From: Chthoniobacteraceae bacterium
GTDB lineage: Bacteria > Verrucomicrobiota > Verrucomicrobiia > Chthoniobacterales > Chthoniobacteraceae
Assembly (NCBI GenBank): GCA_040081625.1
Contig: JBEBGD010000003.1
Span: 59,280 to 123,279, forward strand
Length of the DNA stretch: 64,000 nucleotides
Direction of reading: 5' to 3'
Every line of letters begins with the position of its first letter. The first letter of the stretch is position 1. The translations under genes were made by a program, and so were the position numbers. A model generated the notes under the pieces. The model had not been told where the DNA came from. It was given only the letters and a program-made list of their open reading frames with translations, and ran no database searches. Below, in pieces: positions 39,177 through 49,620 of this stretch.

Positions 39177-39725
39177 CTAGTCGTCGATCGCGCGCATCGT
39201 GGACATCTCCACGACCTGGTTGCGGTTTTGGAAGGTGTAGGTCAGCCGGAATCGGACGCGTCGGATGTCCGCGCCCTGCGCATTGGCCACCGGTGTCACG
39301 ATCCGGTTCAGCGTCGCGGGGATCACCGTGTAGGTCGTGCCGTCGGTCTTTTTCTCGATCAGCAGTGCGACCTTGTTCGTTCCCTCGCCGTTGAGGTTTG
39401 CGCCGTCGTCGTCAAACACGCTGCCGCCCGCGGAAGTGATGGCGAGAATTGACGGCGTGACCGTGGTCTCCCAGCGCACCGCCAGTGCGCTATCGAGGTT
39501 GCGCTGCACGACGGCGCGGGCGGCGGTCAGGACGCGGTTCGCCGACGCCAGGCGGTTCGACGTGATGAAGAGATGCGTGACGCTGACGGCCGTCATGATC
39601 ACCAACGCCGCGGCGACCACGACTTCGATCAGGGCGAAGCCGGCATCGGAAGTTCGCGGATGCAGTTGGCCGCGATGTGCGGCCGATGCTTGGCGCTGCC
39701 TGGACGTTGGCCGGTGCGGTTTCAT
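39177..39725 (-). CDS. Prepilin-type (PilV/GspI-like) minor pilin
   Basis: DAG|FALIEVVVAAALV class III signal with a long basic leader. Confidence 0.85.
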   Translation of the reverse strand: MKPHRPTSRQRQASAAHRGQLHPRTSDAGFALIEVVVAAALVIMTAVSVTHLFITSNRLASANRVLTAARAVVQRNLDSALAVRWETTVTPSILAITSAGGSVFDDDGANLNGEGTNKVALLIEKKTDGTTYTVIPATLNRIVTPVANAQGADIRRVRFRLTYTFQNRNQVVEMSTMRAIDD

Positions 39726-39867
39726 GGATTCGATTCCAGAAAATATAGCAACCCCCGGGCCAATCCCCGGATTCCACCCGACTCTTTATCACCCTCCCGA
39801 CACCCAGGTCGCGCCAACAGAGGTGGCGTTTTCCGCGACGGCGTTCCGCCGTCCGCTGCCGCTCCGG

Positions 39868-40989
<1,122 letters not shown>

Positions 40990-41007
40990 CTACGCAACCG
41001 GCCCGTC

Positions 41008-41036
41008 TTGCCAACGCCGAATGCGCCGCTTAAACA
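41008..41036 (+). promoter_or_regulatory. Putative sigma70-type promoter for a leaderless transcript
   Basis: TTGCCA-17 nt-TAAACA-6 nt-ATG (41043). Confidence 0.4.
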
Positions 41037-41042
41037 CGGCCC

Positions 41043-41717
41043 ATGTTCCGCGTCGCCCTCCTCTCCGCGCTCCTCGCCTCCACCGCGCTCGCGGCCGATG
41101 CCGTGTCGATCTACAACGGCCGCGACCTCACCGGATGGGACGGCGACCCGCGCTTTTGGTCGGTCCACGGCGGCGTCATCCGCGGCGAGACGACCCTCGC
41201 TTCGCTGCCCAAGGGCAACACCTTCCTCATCTGGCGCGGCGGCGTGCTCGGCGACTTCGAGCTTGCGCTCAAATTCCGCATCCAGAACGGCAACAGCGGC
41301 GTGCAATACCGCAGTCGCGATCTCGGCAAATGGGTCGTCGGCGGCTACCAGGCGGAGATCGAAAACAAGCCGGGAAAAGTCGGATTCCTCTACGAGGAAA
41401 AGGGGCGCAAATACCTCGCGAAGGTCGGCGAGAAAGTCGTCATCGGCGCCGGGAGCAAACCGAAAGTTGTCGGCACGCTCGGCGACGTGCAGGCCGACTT
41501 CATCGCGAAGCGTTACTATCGGCCCAAGCAGTGGAACGAACTGCGCATCGTCGCTCGCGGCCCGCACCTCGAGCACTGGCTCAACGGCGTTCAGACCATC
41601 GACCTCATCGACGAGGACGCCGCCCGCCGCGCGCTCGAAGGCATCCTCGCCCTGCAAATCCACGCCGGCCCGCCGATGGTCGTCGAGTTCCAGGACCTCC
41701 GGCTCAAGACCCTCTGA
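41043..41717 (+). CDS. DUF1080 (3-keto-disaccharide hydrolase family) protein, secreted
   Basis: SIYNGRDLTGW, DFEL, NSGVQYRS, GYQAEI, WNEL, GILALQIH. Confidence 0.9.
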   Translation: MFRVALLSALLASTALAADAVSIYNGRDLTGWDGDPRFWSVHGGVIRGETTLASLPKGNTFLIWRGGVLGDFELALKFRIQNGNSGVQYRSRDLGKWVVGGYQAEIENKPGKVGFLYEEKGRKYLAKVGEKVVIGAGSKPKVVGTLGDVQADFIAKRYYRPKQWNELRIVARGPHLEHWLNGVQTIDLIDEDAARRALEGILALQIHAGPPMVVEFQDLRLKTL

Positions 41718-41729
41718 GCCGCCGCCCGC

Positions 41730-42281
41730 TCAGTTCTTGTTCAGCAGCGCCTTCACGTCCTCGATCGTCTTCAGCTCGCGCAGATCGCTGGTGACCCTGG
41801 GCAGCTTGCCCGGGTCCAGCGCCGTTTTCATCTTCTGCGCTTCCCTGCCGAGATACGGGCGGTCGCCGTCGGGCAGGTCGCGCGTTGCGGCGGTCTTGCC
41901 GGACTCCCGCGCATCCTTCACCGGCGCGGTCTTCGTGTCGGCGGTCTTCGCCGCATTTGGCACGTCGTATTTGCCCTTCGTGTCCGCGGCCTTCGTGTCG
42001 AACTTAAACTTCCCCGCCCACCAGCCCTTCGTCTCAAAGCCTTTCGCGTCGTAGCCCTTCGGCGTAAATTTCTGCTGGAAAGAAAAGCCGTCCGCTCGTG
42101 CGTCCTTCGTCCGGAAGCCAGAGTTCGACCGCCCAAACCCCGAGAACTGCCCGGGATTGAATTGCTTGTTCAAGTCCGGATTGCCCGTCACCTGCGAACT
42201 GCGCGACAACGGCGACGGCGTCGGGTCTTTGGCCACGGCGACGGTGGAAAATGCGAGGAAGATGAACAGGACGGAGCGCAA
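41730..42281 (-). CDS. Secreted Lys-rich hypothetical protein; TTG start inferred
   Basis: Signal-peptide-like LRSVLFIFLAFSTVAVA; repeated F/Y-x-T-K units; TAGGCT lies 7 nt upstream of the TTG. Confidence 0.6.
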   Translation of the reverse strand: MRSVLFIFLAFSTVAVAKDPTPSPLSRSSQVTGNPDLNKQFNPGQFSGFGRSNSGFRTKDARADGFSFQQKFTPKGYDAKGFETKGWWAGKFKFDTKAADTKGKYDVPNAAKTADTKTAPVKDARESGKTAATRDLPDGDRPYLGREAQKMKTALDPGKLPRVTSDLRELKTIEDVKALLNKN

Positions 42282-42300
42282 GGCCGGCAGCCTAACGCGG

Positions 42301-42391
42301 AAGTGGAAAGTGGGAAGTGGGAAGTGGGCGCGTAAGTTCCACACGTTTTTTGCCTTCCCACTTTCGCGTTCCGCCTTCCCACTTTGCACTT
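42301..42391. repeat. Inverted heptamer repeat arrays
   Basis: Four AAGTGG(A/G) units at 42301-42328, and six CCCACTT-like units at 42350-42391 in the opposite orientation. Confidence 0.8.
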
Positions 42392-42395
42392 CCAC

Positions 42396-43361
42396 ATGTC
42401 GCCATGGAAACGCTTCCGCTACCGCCTCGAAGAGCTCGCCTGCCGCGGGCTCGCGTGGGCCATCCCGCGTCTTTCGCGGCGGGCTCTGCTCGCATTCGCC
42501 GACGGTGCCGGCGCGCTCGCCTGCCGGCTCGACCGCCGCGGCCGCACCGTCGCGCTGTCGAATCTCGAGTGTGTCTTCGGCGCCCGCTTCACCCCAGCCG
42601 AGCGAGCCGACTTCGCCCGACGCTCCTACCAAAACTTCGCCCGCACCATGCTCGATCTTTTCTGGGCCGCGCGCCTCGACGCGCAGAACTGGCGTGACTG
42701 GATGCGCCCCGAGGGCTTCGACGCGCTGCGCGAGCGACTCGCTCGCGAAAACCGCGGCGCCGTCTTCATGTGCGTGCACCAGGGCAACTGGGAATGGGCC
42801 AGCCTCGCCTGCGGTTTCCTCGGCTTTGGCAACGTCGTCGTCGCCGAGAACTTCAAGAACCCGCGCCTGACCGAGCTTTTCCGCGCCCGCCGCGAACACT
42901 CCGGCCAGACGCTCATCGCGCAGGAAAACTCGCTGCTGCGGATGCTCAAGATCGTCAAGCGCGGCGGCACGACCGGAATGCTCATCGACTTGAACCTGCG
43001 CCCCGACCAGGCCGCGACCGTCATCGACGCACACGGCGGCTTGAAGATGTGCGTGCCCATGCTCCACGCCGTGCTCGCCGCCCGCGCCGGCGCGCTGCTC
43101 GTCCCCGTCGAGACGCAGCCGCAGCCCGACGGCACGTGCCGCATCGTCGCTCATCCGCCCATCGAGGTGCCCGAAGGCGCGACCCACCGCGAAATTGCGC
43201 AGCGCTGCTGGAACGCGATGGAGCCGATCGTCCCCGCCCGCCCCGCCGAATACTTGTGGGCCTACAAACACTTCCGCTACCGCCCGCGCGACCCCGCGCG
43301 CAGCTATCCGGCTTACGCGAACGAGTCGGGGAAATTCGAGAAGCTGCTGCGCGCCGGTTGA
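42396..43361 (+). CDS. Lipid A late acyltransferase (LpxL/HtrB family)
   Basis: HQGNWE catalytic HxxxxE motif, KNPRL, LIDLN, and PAEYLWAYKHF near the C-terminus. Confidence 0.85.
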   Translation: MSPWKRFRYRLEELACRGLAWAIPRLSRRALLAFADGAGALACRLDRRGRTVALSNLECVFGARFTPAERADFARRSYQNFARTMLDLFWAARLDAQNWRDWMRPEGFDALRERLARENRGAVFMCVHQGNWEWASLACGFLGFGNVVVAENFKNPRLTELFRARREHSGQTLIAQENSLLRMLKIVKRGGTTGMLIDLNLRPDQAATVIDAHGGLKMCVPMLHAVLAARAGALLVPVETQPQPDGTCRIVAHPPIEVPEGATHREIAQRCWNAMEPIVPARPAEYLWAYKHFRYRPRDPARSYPAYANESGKFEKLLRAG

Positions 43362-43396
43362 CTTCCATCCCGCGCTGCGCTTCCCCTTCCATCCGC

Positions 43397-44065
43397 ATGA
43401 TCAAACGTCTTCTCACCACCCTCGTCCTCGGCGTCAGCGCCGCGTGGCTCACCGGCTGCGCAAACGGCCCGCGCCTCGGCGGCAGCTACAACGCCACTGC
43501 CTACAAGCCGCGCAATCCCGACAACGTCCGCATCAAGGTCTCGCTGCAAAACCGTGCGGTGTATGTGATGGAAGGCGACCGGCCGCTGCTCGTCACCGCG
43601 ACTTCCATCGGCACGCGCACGAAACCGACGCCGACGGGCAACTTCCGCGTCTTCGCGAAGATCCCGCAGAAGCGCTCCGGCTCCTACGGCTTCGCGGTCA
43701 ATGGTGACCACATCGTGCCGACCAAGCGTGGCGGGGCGAGCGGCCGCTACGTCGGCTTCCCGATGGCGTGGTGGGTCGAGTTCGCGAGCGGCTACGGCTT
43801 CCACGAAGGCTCGGTCTGGCCTTCGCCCGAAGGCCGCACGCACGGCTGCCTGCGCCTGCACAAGAATGTCGCGCCGAAATTCTACGCGCTCGCGAAGTCG
43901 GGCACGCCGGTGAACATCGCCTACTCGCAGCCCGAGGACTCGACGCTCGGCCGCAATCTCAAGCGCCCGACCGATTACGCCGATCCTGATCCGGCGAACA
44001 GCGTGCTCATCTCCGACCGCATCTTCAGCGCGCCGCCCAGCCCGCTGCTGATCGAGGGAGAATAG
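43397..44065 (+). CDS. L,D-transpeptidase (YkuD family) lipoprotein
   Basis: Lipobox LTGC, PTPTGNFRV, GFHEG...THGCLRL catalytic motif. Confidence 0.9.
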   Translation: MIKRLLTTLVLGVSAAWLTGCANGPRLGGSYNATAYKPRNPDNVRIKVSLQNRAVYVMEGDRPLLVTATSIGTRTKPTPTGNFRVFAKIPQKRSGSYGFAVNGDHIVPTKRGGASGRYVGFPMAWWVEFASGYGFHEGSVWPSPEGRTHGCLRLHKNVAPKFYALAKSGTPVNIAYSQPEDSTLGRNLKRPTDYADPDPANSVLISDRIFSAPPSPLLIEGE

Positions 44066-44078
44066 CCCCGATGCCTCC

Positions 44079-44144
44079 TTCTGCTTCTTCATCTTCATCT
44101 GCTTCCTTTGTAGATGAGAAGCGGATGAAGATGAAGAAGTAGAA
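44079..44144. repeat. 27-bp imperfect inverted repeat built from CTTCAT/ATGAAG hexamers
   Basis: Arms at 44079-44105 and 44118-44144 pair fully on the plus-strand RNA, with two G-U wobbles. Confidence 0.8.
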
Positions 44145-44148
44145 GCAG

Positions 44149-45360
44149 ATGCCCACCACTCCCGCCAAGCCAGCCCCCCGCGTCAATCTCCGCACGCCGG
44201 ACGTGATGTCTGCGGTGCAGGCGCAGGTCGAGACGCACTACCGCAGCGAAGTCGTCGAGCGGCTGCGCGCCAGCGGCGGCGTGCTCTCGGTCGGCGGCGT
44301 CACCGTGCGGCTCGCCAAGCAGTTCGGCTTTTGCTACGGCGTCGAGCGCGCCATCGACCTCGCCTACGCGGCCGCGAAGGTCTTCAAGGACCGCCGCATC
44401 TTCATCCTCGGCGAGATCATCCACAATCCGGAGGTGAACCGCCAGATCGCCGACCTCGGCATCGCGAACATCATCCCGCCCGGCCAGGAAGCGGATGTGA
44501 GCGGCATCACCGCGGACGACGTGGTGATCGTTCCCGCCTTTGGCACCGATGTGAAGACAGTCGCGCGCATCAAGGAGATCGGCGCGCAGATCGTGGACAC
44601 GACTTGCGGCGACGTGATGAGCGTGTGGAAACGCGTGCGGCAAAACGCGCAGGACGACATGACCTCGATCATCCACGGCAAGGCGTCGCATGAGGAGACC
44701 AAGGCCACGGCCAGCCACGCCGTCCTCGCGGGGCGCGGCCATTACCTCATCGTGCTCACGCTCGCGGACACCGACTACGTCTGCGACTACATCCGCCGCG
44801 GCGGCGACAAGACCGCGTTCCTTGAGCGATTCCTCGGCGCGATGAGCGAGGATTTCGACCCGGACCTGCACCTGCGCCGCGTCGGCGTGGCGAACCAGAC
44901 CACGATGATGCGCGGCGAGACCGAGGAAGTGCAGCGCCGCGTGATGGCCGCCGTCCGCGACCGCGACGGCGACGCGACGACCAACTACCGCTTCTTCGAC
45001 ACGATCTGCGGCGCCACGCAGGAGCGGCAGGACGCGCTGCGCGACATGCTGAGTCTGCCGATGAACCTGCTGCTCGTCATCGGCGGCTACAACAGCTCGA
45101 ACACCTCGCACCTCGCCGAGATGGGCGAGGGAAAGCTGCCCACCTTCTTCATCCGCAACGCCACGAAGATCGAAAGCCGGGACCGCGTCGTCCACTATGA
45201 TCAGCACTCGAAGACCGAGCAGACCACCGAGAACTGGATGCCGGACGCGCCGGTCGTCGTCGGCATCACCGCCGGCGCGAGCTGCCCGAACAACGTGATC
45301 GAGGACGTGATCGTGCGCGTCTTCGAGCTGCACGGCATCGCGCGCGAGCGTCTGCTCTAA
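44149..45360 (+). CDS. ispH: 4-hydroxy-3-methylbut-2-enyl diphosphate reductase
   Basis: FGFCYGVERA, EIIHN, DTTC, HEE, DTICGATQERQ, SSNT, GITAGASCP. Confidence 0.96.
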   Translation: MPTTPAKPAPRVNLRTPDVMSAVQAQVETHYRSEVVERLRASGGVLSVGGVTVRLAKQFGFCYGVERAIDLAYAAAKVFKDRRIFILGEIIHNPEVNRQIADLGIANIIPPGQEADVSGITADDVVIVPAFGTDVKTVARIKEIGAQIVDTTCGDVMSVWKRVRQNAQDDMTSIIHGKASHEETKATASHAVLAGRGHYLIVLTLADTDYVCDYIRRGGDKTAFLERFLGAMSEDFDPDLHLRRVGVANQTTMMRGETEEVQRRVMAAVRDRDGDATTNYRFFDTICGATQERQDALRDMLSLPMNLLLVIGGYNSSNTSHLAEMGEGKLPTFFIRNATKIESRDRVVHYDQHSKTEQTTENWMPDAPVVVGITAGASCPNNVIEDVIVRVFELHGIARERLL

Positions 45361-45363
45361 CGC

Positions 45364-46560
45364 ATGAACGCGGAGAAAGGCGCCCTCGACGGCCTGCGTA
45401 TCGACCGCGGCGCCCGCGCGCCCGCGCCACGTTCGCCGCGGCCCCTCGTCATCCTCGTCCTCGTCCTTCTCATCGTCGGCGCCATCTCGTGGTGGGCGAA
45501 GCAGCCCGGCGCCTCGCCCGTGCGAACCGCGATCGCGCGCGAACAGACCACCGGCGGAACGACGACGCTGCTCAACGCATCCGGCTACGTCACTGCCCGC
45601 CGCGCCGCGACCGTGTCGTCGAAAGTGACCGGCAAAGTCACCGAGGTGCTCGTCGAGGAAGGCATGAAGGTCGAAGCCGAACAGATCATCGCGCGGCTCG
45701 ACGCATCCAACGTCGAGGCGGCTTTGCGGTTATCGGAAGCGCAGCTCGCCTCCGCGACGACGGCGATCGATGAAACGAAAGCCAACCTCGCCTTCGCCGA
45801 GCGCGAGCTGAAACGCTTCGCCGATCTCGCCGCGAACAAGGTCGTGAGCGACTCCGATCTTCGCCGTGCCGAGACCGAGGTCCGCGCGCTCGCCGCACGC
45901 CTCGCGCGGCAGACCGCCGACATCGAAGTCGCCGGGCGCGAAGTCGCGCAGTGGAAGCAGCAGCTCGACGACACGATCATCCGCGCGCCCTTCGCCGGCG
46001 TGGTGACGACCAAGAATGCGCAGCCCGGCGAGATGATCTCGCCGATGTCTGTCGGCGGCTTCACGCGCACTGGCGTGTGCACGATCGTGGACATGGGCTC
46101 GCTCGAGATCGACGTGGACGTGAACGAAAGCTACATCAACCGAGTGCAGCCCGGCCGCCCCGTGCAGGCGACGCTCGACGCGTATCCCGATTGGCGCATC
46201 GCCGCGAAAGTCATCGCGATCATCCCCACCGCCGACCGGCAGAAGGCGACGGTGAAAGTGCGCGTCGGCTTTATCGAACTCGATCCGCGCATCCTGCCCG
46301 AGATGGGCGTGAAGGTCGCCTTTCAAGGCGCGGACGCTGAATCCTCGCGCTCGATCGTCGTCGTGCCGAAAGCCGCCGTGCGCGACAACGTCGCTTGGAT
46401 CGTGCGCGCCGGCCGCGTCGAGCGCCGCGCCGTCACCATCGCGCAGATGCAAGGCGATGAGGCCGTGATCACCGCGGGTATCAACGGCGGCGAACGCGTC
46501 GTGCTCGATGCACCGGCGGAATTGACCGACGGCCAGCGAGTCAGCGAGAAGCAACCATGA
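45364..46560 (+). CDS. Efflux periplasmic adaptor (MacA-like membrane fusion protein)
   Basis: N-terminal TM, ASGYV...VSSKVTGKV...VEEG, coiled coil, IRAPFAG, PEMG. Confidence 0.92.
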   Translation: MNAEKGALDGLRIDRGARAPAPRSPRPLVILVLVLLIVGAISWWAKQPGASPVRTAIAREQTTGGTTTLLNASGYVTARRAATVSSKVTGKVTEVLVEEGMKVEAEQIIARLDASNVEAALRLSEAQLASATTAIDETKANLAFAERELKRFADLAANKVVSDSDLRRAETEVRALAARLARQTADIEVAGREVAQWKQQLDDTIIRAPFAGVVTTKNAQPGEMISPMSVGGFTRTGVCTIVDMGSLEIDVDVNESYINRVQPGRPVQATLDAYPDWRIAAKVIAIIPTADRQKATVKVRVGFIELDPRILPEMGVKVAFQGADAESSRSIVVVPKAAVRDNVAWIVRAGRVERRAVTIAQMQGDEAVITAGINGGERVVLDAPAELTDGQRVSEKQP

Positions 46561-47252
46561 CCAACGACCAACCCCTCGTCCAAGTGAGTGGCGTGACGCG
46601 GACCTTCCGTCGCGGCGCCGAGGAGATTCACGTCCTGTCGAATCTCGACCTCGATGTGCAGCGCGGCGAATTCCTCGCGCTGATGGGGCCGTCCGGCTCC
46701 GGAAAATCGACGCTGCTCAATCTCATCGGCGGGCTCGATCGTGCAGACGCGGGCAGCGTGGCGATCGGCGACGACCGCATCGACAAGCTCTCCGACCGCC
46801 AGCTCGCCGCATGGCGCGCGCGGCATGTCGGGTTCGTGTTCCAGTTCTACAACCTGCTCGCCGTGCTCAACGCCGAGCGGAATGTCGAACTGCCGCTGCT
46901 GCTCACGCACCTCTCGAAATCCGAGCGCAAGGAGCACATCGCCGTCGCGCTCAAAGCCGTCGGCCTCGTCGATCGTGCGCGACACTTTCCGCGGCAGCTC
47001 TCCGGCGGCGAGCAGCAGCGCGTCGGCATCGCGCGCGCGATCGTGACCGATCCCACGCTGCTGCTGTGCGACGAACCGACGGGCGATCTCGATCGCAAAT
47101 CCGGCGACGAGATCCTCAGCCTGCTCCAGGCGCTCAACCGCGAGCACGGCAAGACGATCGTGATGGTGACGCACGATCCGCACGCTTCCGCGCGCGCGAG
47201 CCGCACGGTGTATCTCGATAAAGGCCAGCTCTCCACGCAGCCGCCGGCATGA
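46557..47252 (+). CDS. ABC transporter ATP-binding protein (LolD/MacB-like)
   Basis: GPSGSGKS, LSGGEQQR, CDEPTGDLD, VTHD. Confidence 0.95.
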   Translation: MTNDQPLVQVSGVTRTFRRGAEEIHVLSNLDLDVQRGEFLALMGPSGSGKSTLLNLIGGLDRADAGSVAIGDDRIDKLSDRQLAAWRARHVGFVFQFYNLLAVLNAERNVELPLLLTHLSKSERKEHIAVALKAVGLVDRARHFPRQLSGGEQQRVGIARAIVTDPTLLLCDEPTGDLDRKSGDEILSLLQALNREHGKTIVMVTHDPHASARASRTVYLDKGQLSTQPPA

Positions 47253-48406
47253 AGTTTCTCGGCCTCGTGTGGAGCAACTTGAAGCGCCGCAAGCTGCGCA
47301 CCGCGCTCACGCTGCTCTCCATCCTCGTCGCGTTTCTGCTCTTCGGCTTTCTTTGCGCGATCAAGGAAGCCTTCACCGCAGGCGTGACGCTCGCGGGCGT
47401 GGATCGACTCGTCGTGCGGCACAAGGTCTCGCTCCTCCAGTCGCTCCCCGCGAGTTACGAGCAGCGCATCCTGAACGTCCCCGGCGTGGATGCCATCGCG
47501 GGCCAGTCGTGGTTCGGCGGCATCTATCAGGACCCGAAGAATTTCTTCGCCACCATTCCGGTGAAGCCGGAGCAATTCCTCTCCATATTCCCCGAATACC
47601 GAGTCTCCGAGGAGCAAAAGCAGGCGTGGCTGCGGACCCGCAACGGCGCAATCGTCGGGCGCGTGCTGCTCGATCGTTTTAAGTGGAAGCTCGGCGACCA
47701 CATCCCGCTCACGTGTCCGATCTGGGGCGAGCCGGAGGGGCAGACGCACTGGGATTTCGAGATCGTCGGCATCTACGACGGAGCGAAGAAAGGCACCGAC
47801 ACGAGCGGAATGTTTTTCCGCTACGACTACTTCGACGAGGCGCGCCCGCGCGGGAAAGGCGAGATCGGATGGTTCACCGTGCGCGTTCGCAATCCCGACC
47901 AGGCGGCGGAGATCGCGCGGAAGATCGACGAGGAGTTCGCGAACTCGCCATACGAGACGAAGGCCGAGCCGGAGGGCGCATTCGCCGCGGGTTTCGCGCA
48001 GCAGGTCGGCGACATCGGCGCGATCATGATCGCGGTGCTGAGCGCCGTCTTTTTCACCATCCTGCTCGTCGCGGGGAATACGATGGCGCAAGCCGTGCGT
48101 GAGCGCACCGAGGAGATCGGCGTGCTCAAGGCGATGGGCTTCACCAACGAACTCGTGCTCATGCTCGTGCTGCTCGAGTCGTGCCTGCTCGCGGTGATCG
48201 GCGGATTCGCCGGGCTTGGCCTCGCATGGCTTGCGACGGTTGGCGGAAGTCCCGCGCCCGCGCTGCTGCCGATCTTTTACATCCCGACGAGCAACTTGAT
48301 CGTCGGCGTCGTGATCGTGTTCGCGCTCGGGATCGTCGCCGGCGCGCCACCGGCCATCCAGGCGATGCGACTGCGCATCGCGGAGGCCCTTCGCCGCAAC
48401 GCCTGA
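47249..48406 (+). CDS. ABC transporter permease (MacB/FtsX family)
   Basis: RRKLRTALT, periplasmic domain, VRERTEEIGVLKAMG, three C-terminal TM segments. Confidence 0.92.
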   Translation: MKFLGLVWSNLKRRKLRTALTLLSILVAFLLFGFLCAIKEAFTAGVTLAGVDRLVVRHKVSLLQSLPASYEQRILNVPGVDAIAGQSWFGGIYQDPKNFFATIPVKPEQFLSIFPEYRVSEEQKQAWLRTRNGAIVGRVLLDRFKWKLGDHIPLTCPIWGEPEGQTHWDFEIVGIYDGAKKGTDTSGMFFRYDYFDEARPRGKGEIGWFTVRVRNPDQAAEIARKIDEEFANSPYETKAEPEGAFAAGFAQQVGDIGAIMIAVLSAVFFTILLVAGNTMAQAVRERTEEIGVLKAMGFTNELVLMLVLLESCLLAVIGGFAGLGLAWLATVGGSPAPALLPIFYIPTSNLIVGVVIVFALGIVAGAPPAIQAMRLRIAEALRRNA

Positions 48407-49593
48407 TGAACTGGCTCTCTCAAATCGTCTCCGTCTCGCTCTTCAATCTGCGCTCGATCCCCGAGCGCAAGGGCGCGGCCGTGGCGGCGGCCATCGGCAT
48501 CGCGGGTGTCGTCGCGGTGCTCGTGGGCGTGCTCGCGATCGCCGAGGGATTTCGCGGCGCGATGATGGTTTCCGGTTCGCCGGACGTGGCGATCGTGATG
48601 CGCACCGGCGCTGACAGCGAGATGACCAGCGGCCTTTCGCGCGAGGAAGTGCGCGTGATAGCCGACGCGCCGGGCATCGCGCGCAGCGCGCTCGGTCCGG
48701 TCGCGTCGGCGGAGCTGTTCGTCATCATCGATCTCCCGAAGCGCTCGACGGGCACGAGCGCGAACGTGCCGCTGCGTGGTGTGGAAGCTTCAGCCTTCGA
48801 CGTGCGGGGCAACGTGGAGATGGTGCGCGGGCGGCGCTTTGAGCCTGGGAAGAACGAGATCATCGTCGGTGCCGGCGCGGCGCGCGCATTCGCCGGGCTC
48901 GAGGTCGGGCAGGAGATCCGGATCGGGCAGAACACGTGGCAGGTCGTCGGCGTCTTCACCGCCGGCGGCGGCGTGGCGGAATCGGAGGTCTGGAGCGACG
49001 CGGCGGTGCTCCAGCCGGCGTATCATCGCGAGGACAACTTCCAGTCGGTCTATGTCCGGCTCGTGTCGCCGGACGCGTTCGTGCAGTTCAAGGACGCGCT
49101 GACGACCAATCCGCAGCTCAAGGTGAAGGTGGCGCGGTCGTCGGAATTTTACGCGGAGCAATCGACGATGCTGATCGAGTTCATCACGAACATCGGCGTG
49201 TTCATCGCGGGGCTGATGGCGCTTGGCGCGCTCTTCGGCGCGCTGAACACGATGTATGGCGCCGTCGCCGCGCGCACGCGCGAGATCGCCACGCTGCGCG
49301 CGCTCGGCTTCGGCACCGGTGCCGTGATTGTTTCGGTGATGATGGAATCGATCATCCTCGCGCTCGCTGGCGGTGCGCTCGGTGCGGGCGGTGCCTACGT
49401 CGCGTTCGACGGATTCACTGCGGCGACGATGAACTGGCAGACGTTCAGCCAGGTCACGTTCGCCTTCGCGGTCACGCCGGCGCTGCTCGTGCGCGCGATC
49501 GTCTGGTCCACGGTGCTCGGGCTCGTCGGCGGATTTTTCCCCGCCATCCGCGCGGCGCGCCTGCCCATCGCGGCGGGTTTGCGCGAGACGTGA
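48406..49593 (+). CDS. ABC transporter permease (MacB/FtsX family), second subunit
   Basis: ATG at 48406 overlaps the previous stop; RTREIATLRALGF; PAIRAAR at the C-terminus. Confidence 0.92.
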   Translation: MNWLSQIVSVSLFNLRSIPERKGAAVAAAIGIAGVVAVLVGVLAIAEGFRGAMMVSGSPDVAIVMRTGADSEMTSGLSREEVRVIADAPGIARSALGPVASAELFVIIDLPKRSTGTSANVPLRGVEASAFDVRGNVEMVRGRRFEPGKNEIIVGAGAARAFAGLEVGQEIRIGQNTWQVVGVFTAGGGVAESEVWSDAAVLQPAYHREDNFQSVYVRLVSPDAFVQFKDALTTNPQLKVKVARSSEFYAEQSTMLIEFITNIGVFIAGLMALGALFGALNTMYGAVAARTREIATLRALGFGTGAVIVSVMMESIILALAGGALGAGGAYVAFDGFTAATMNWQTFSQVTFAFAVTPALLVRAIVWSTVLGLVGGFFPAIRAARLPIAAGLRET

Positions 49594-49620
49594 AGCACGT
49601 CATCCTCGCTCTCCCCGAAC

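Noticed and set aside
42301..44144. Short repeats as a CRISPR array
   Set aside because: The units are 6-7 bp with no unique spacers, and there are no cas genes in the window.
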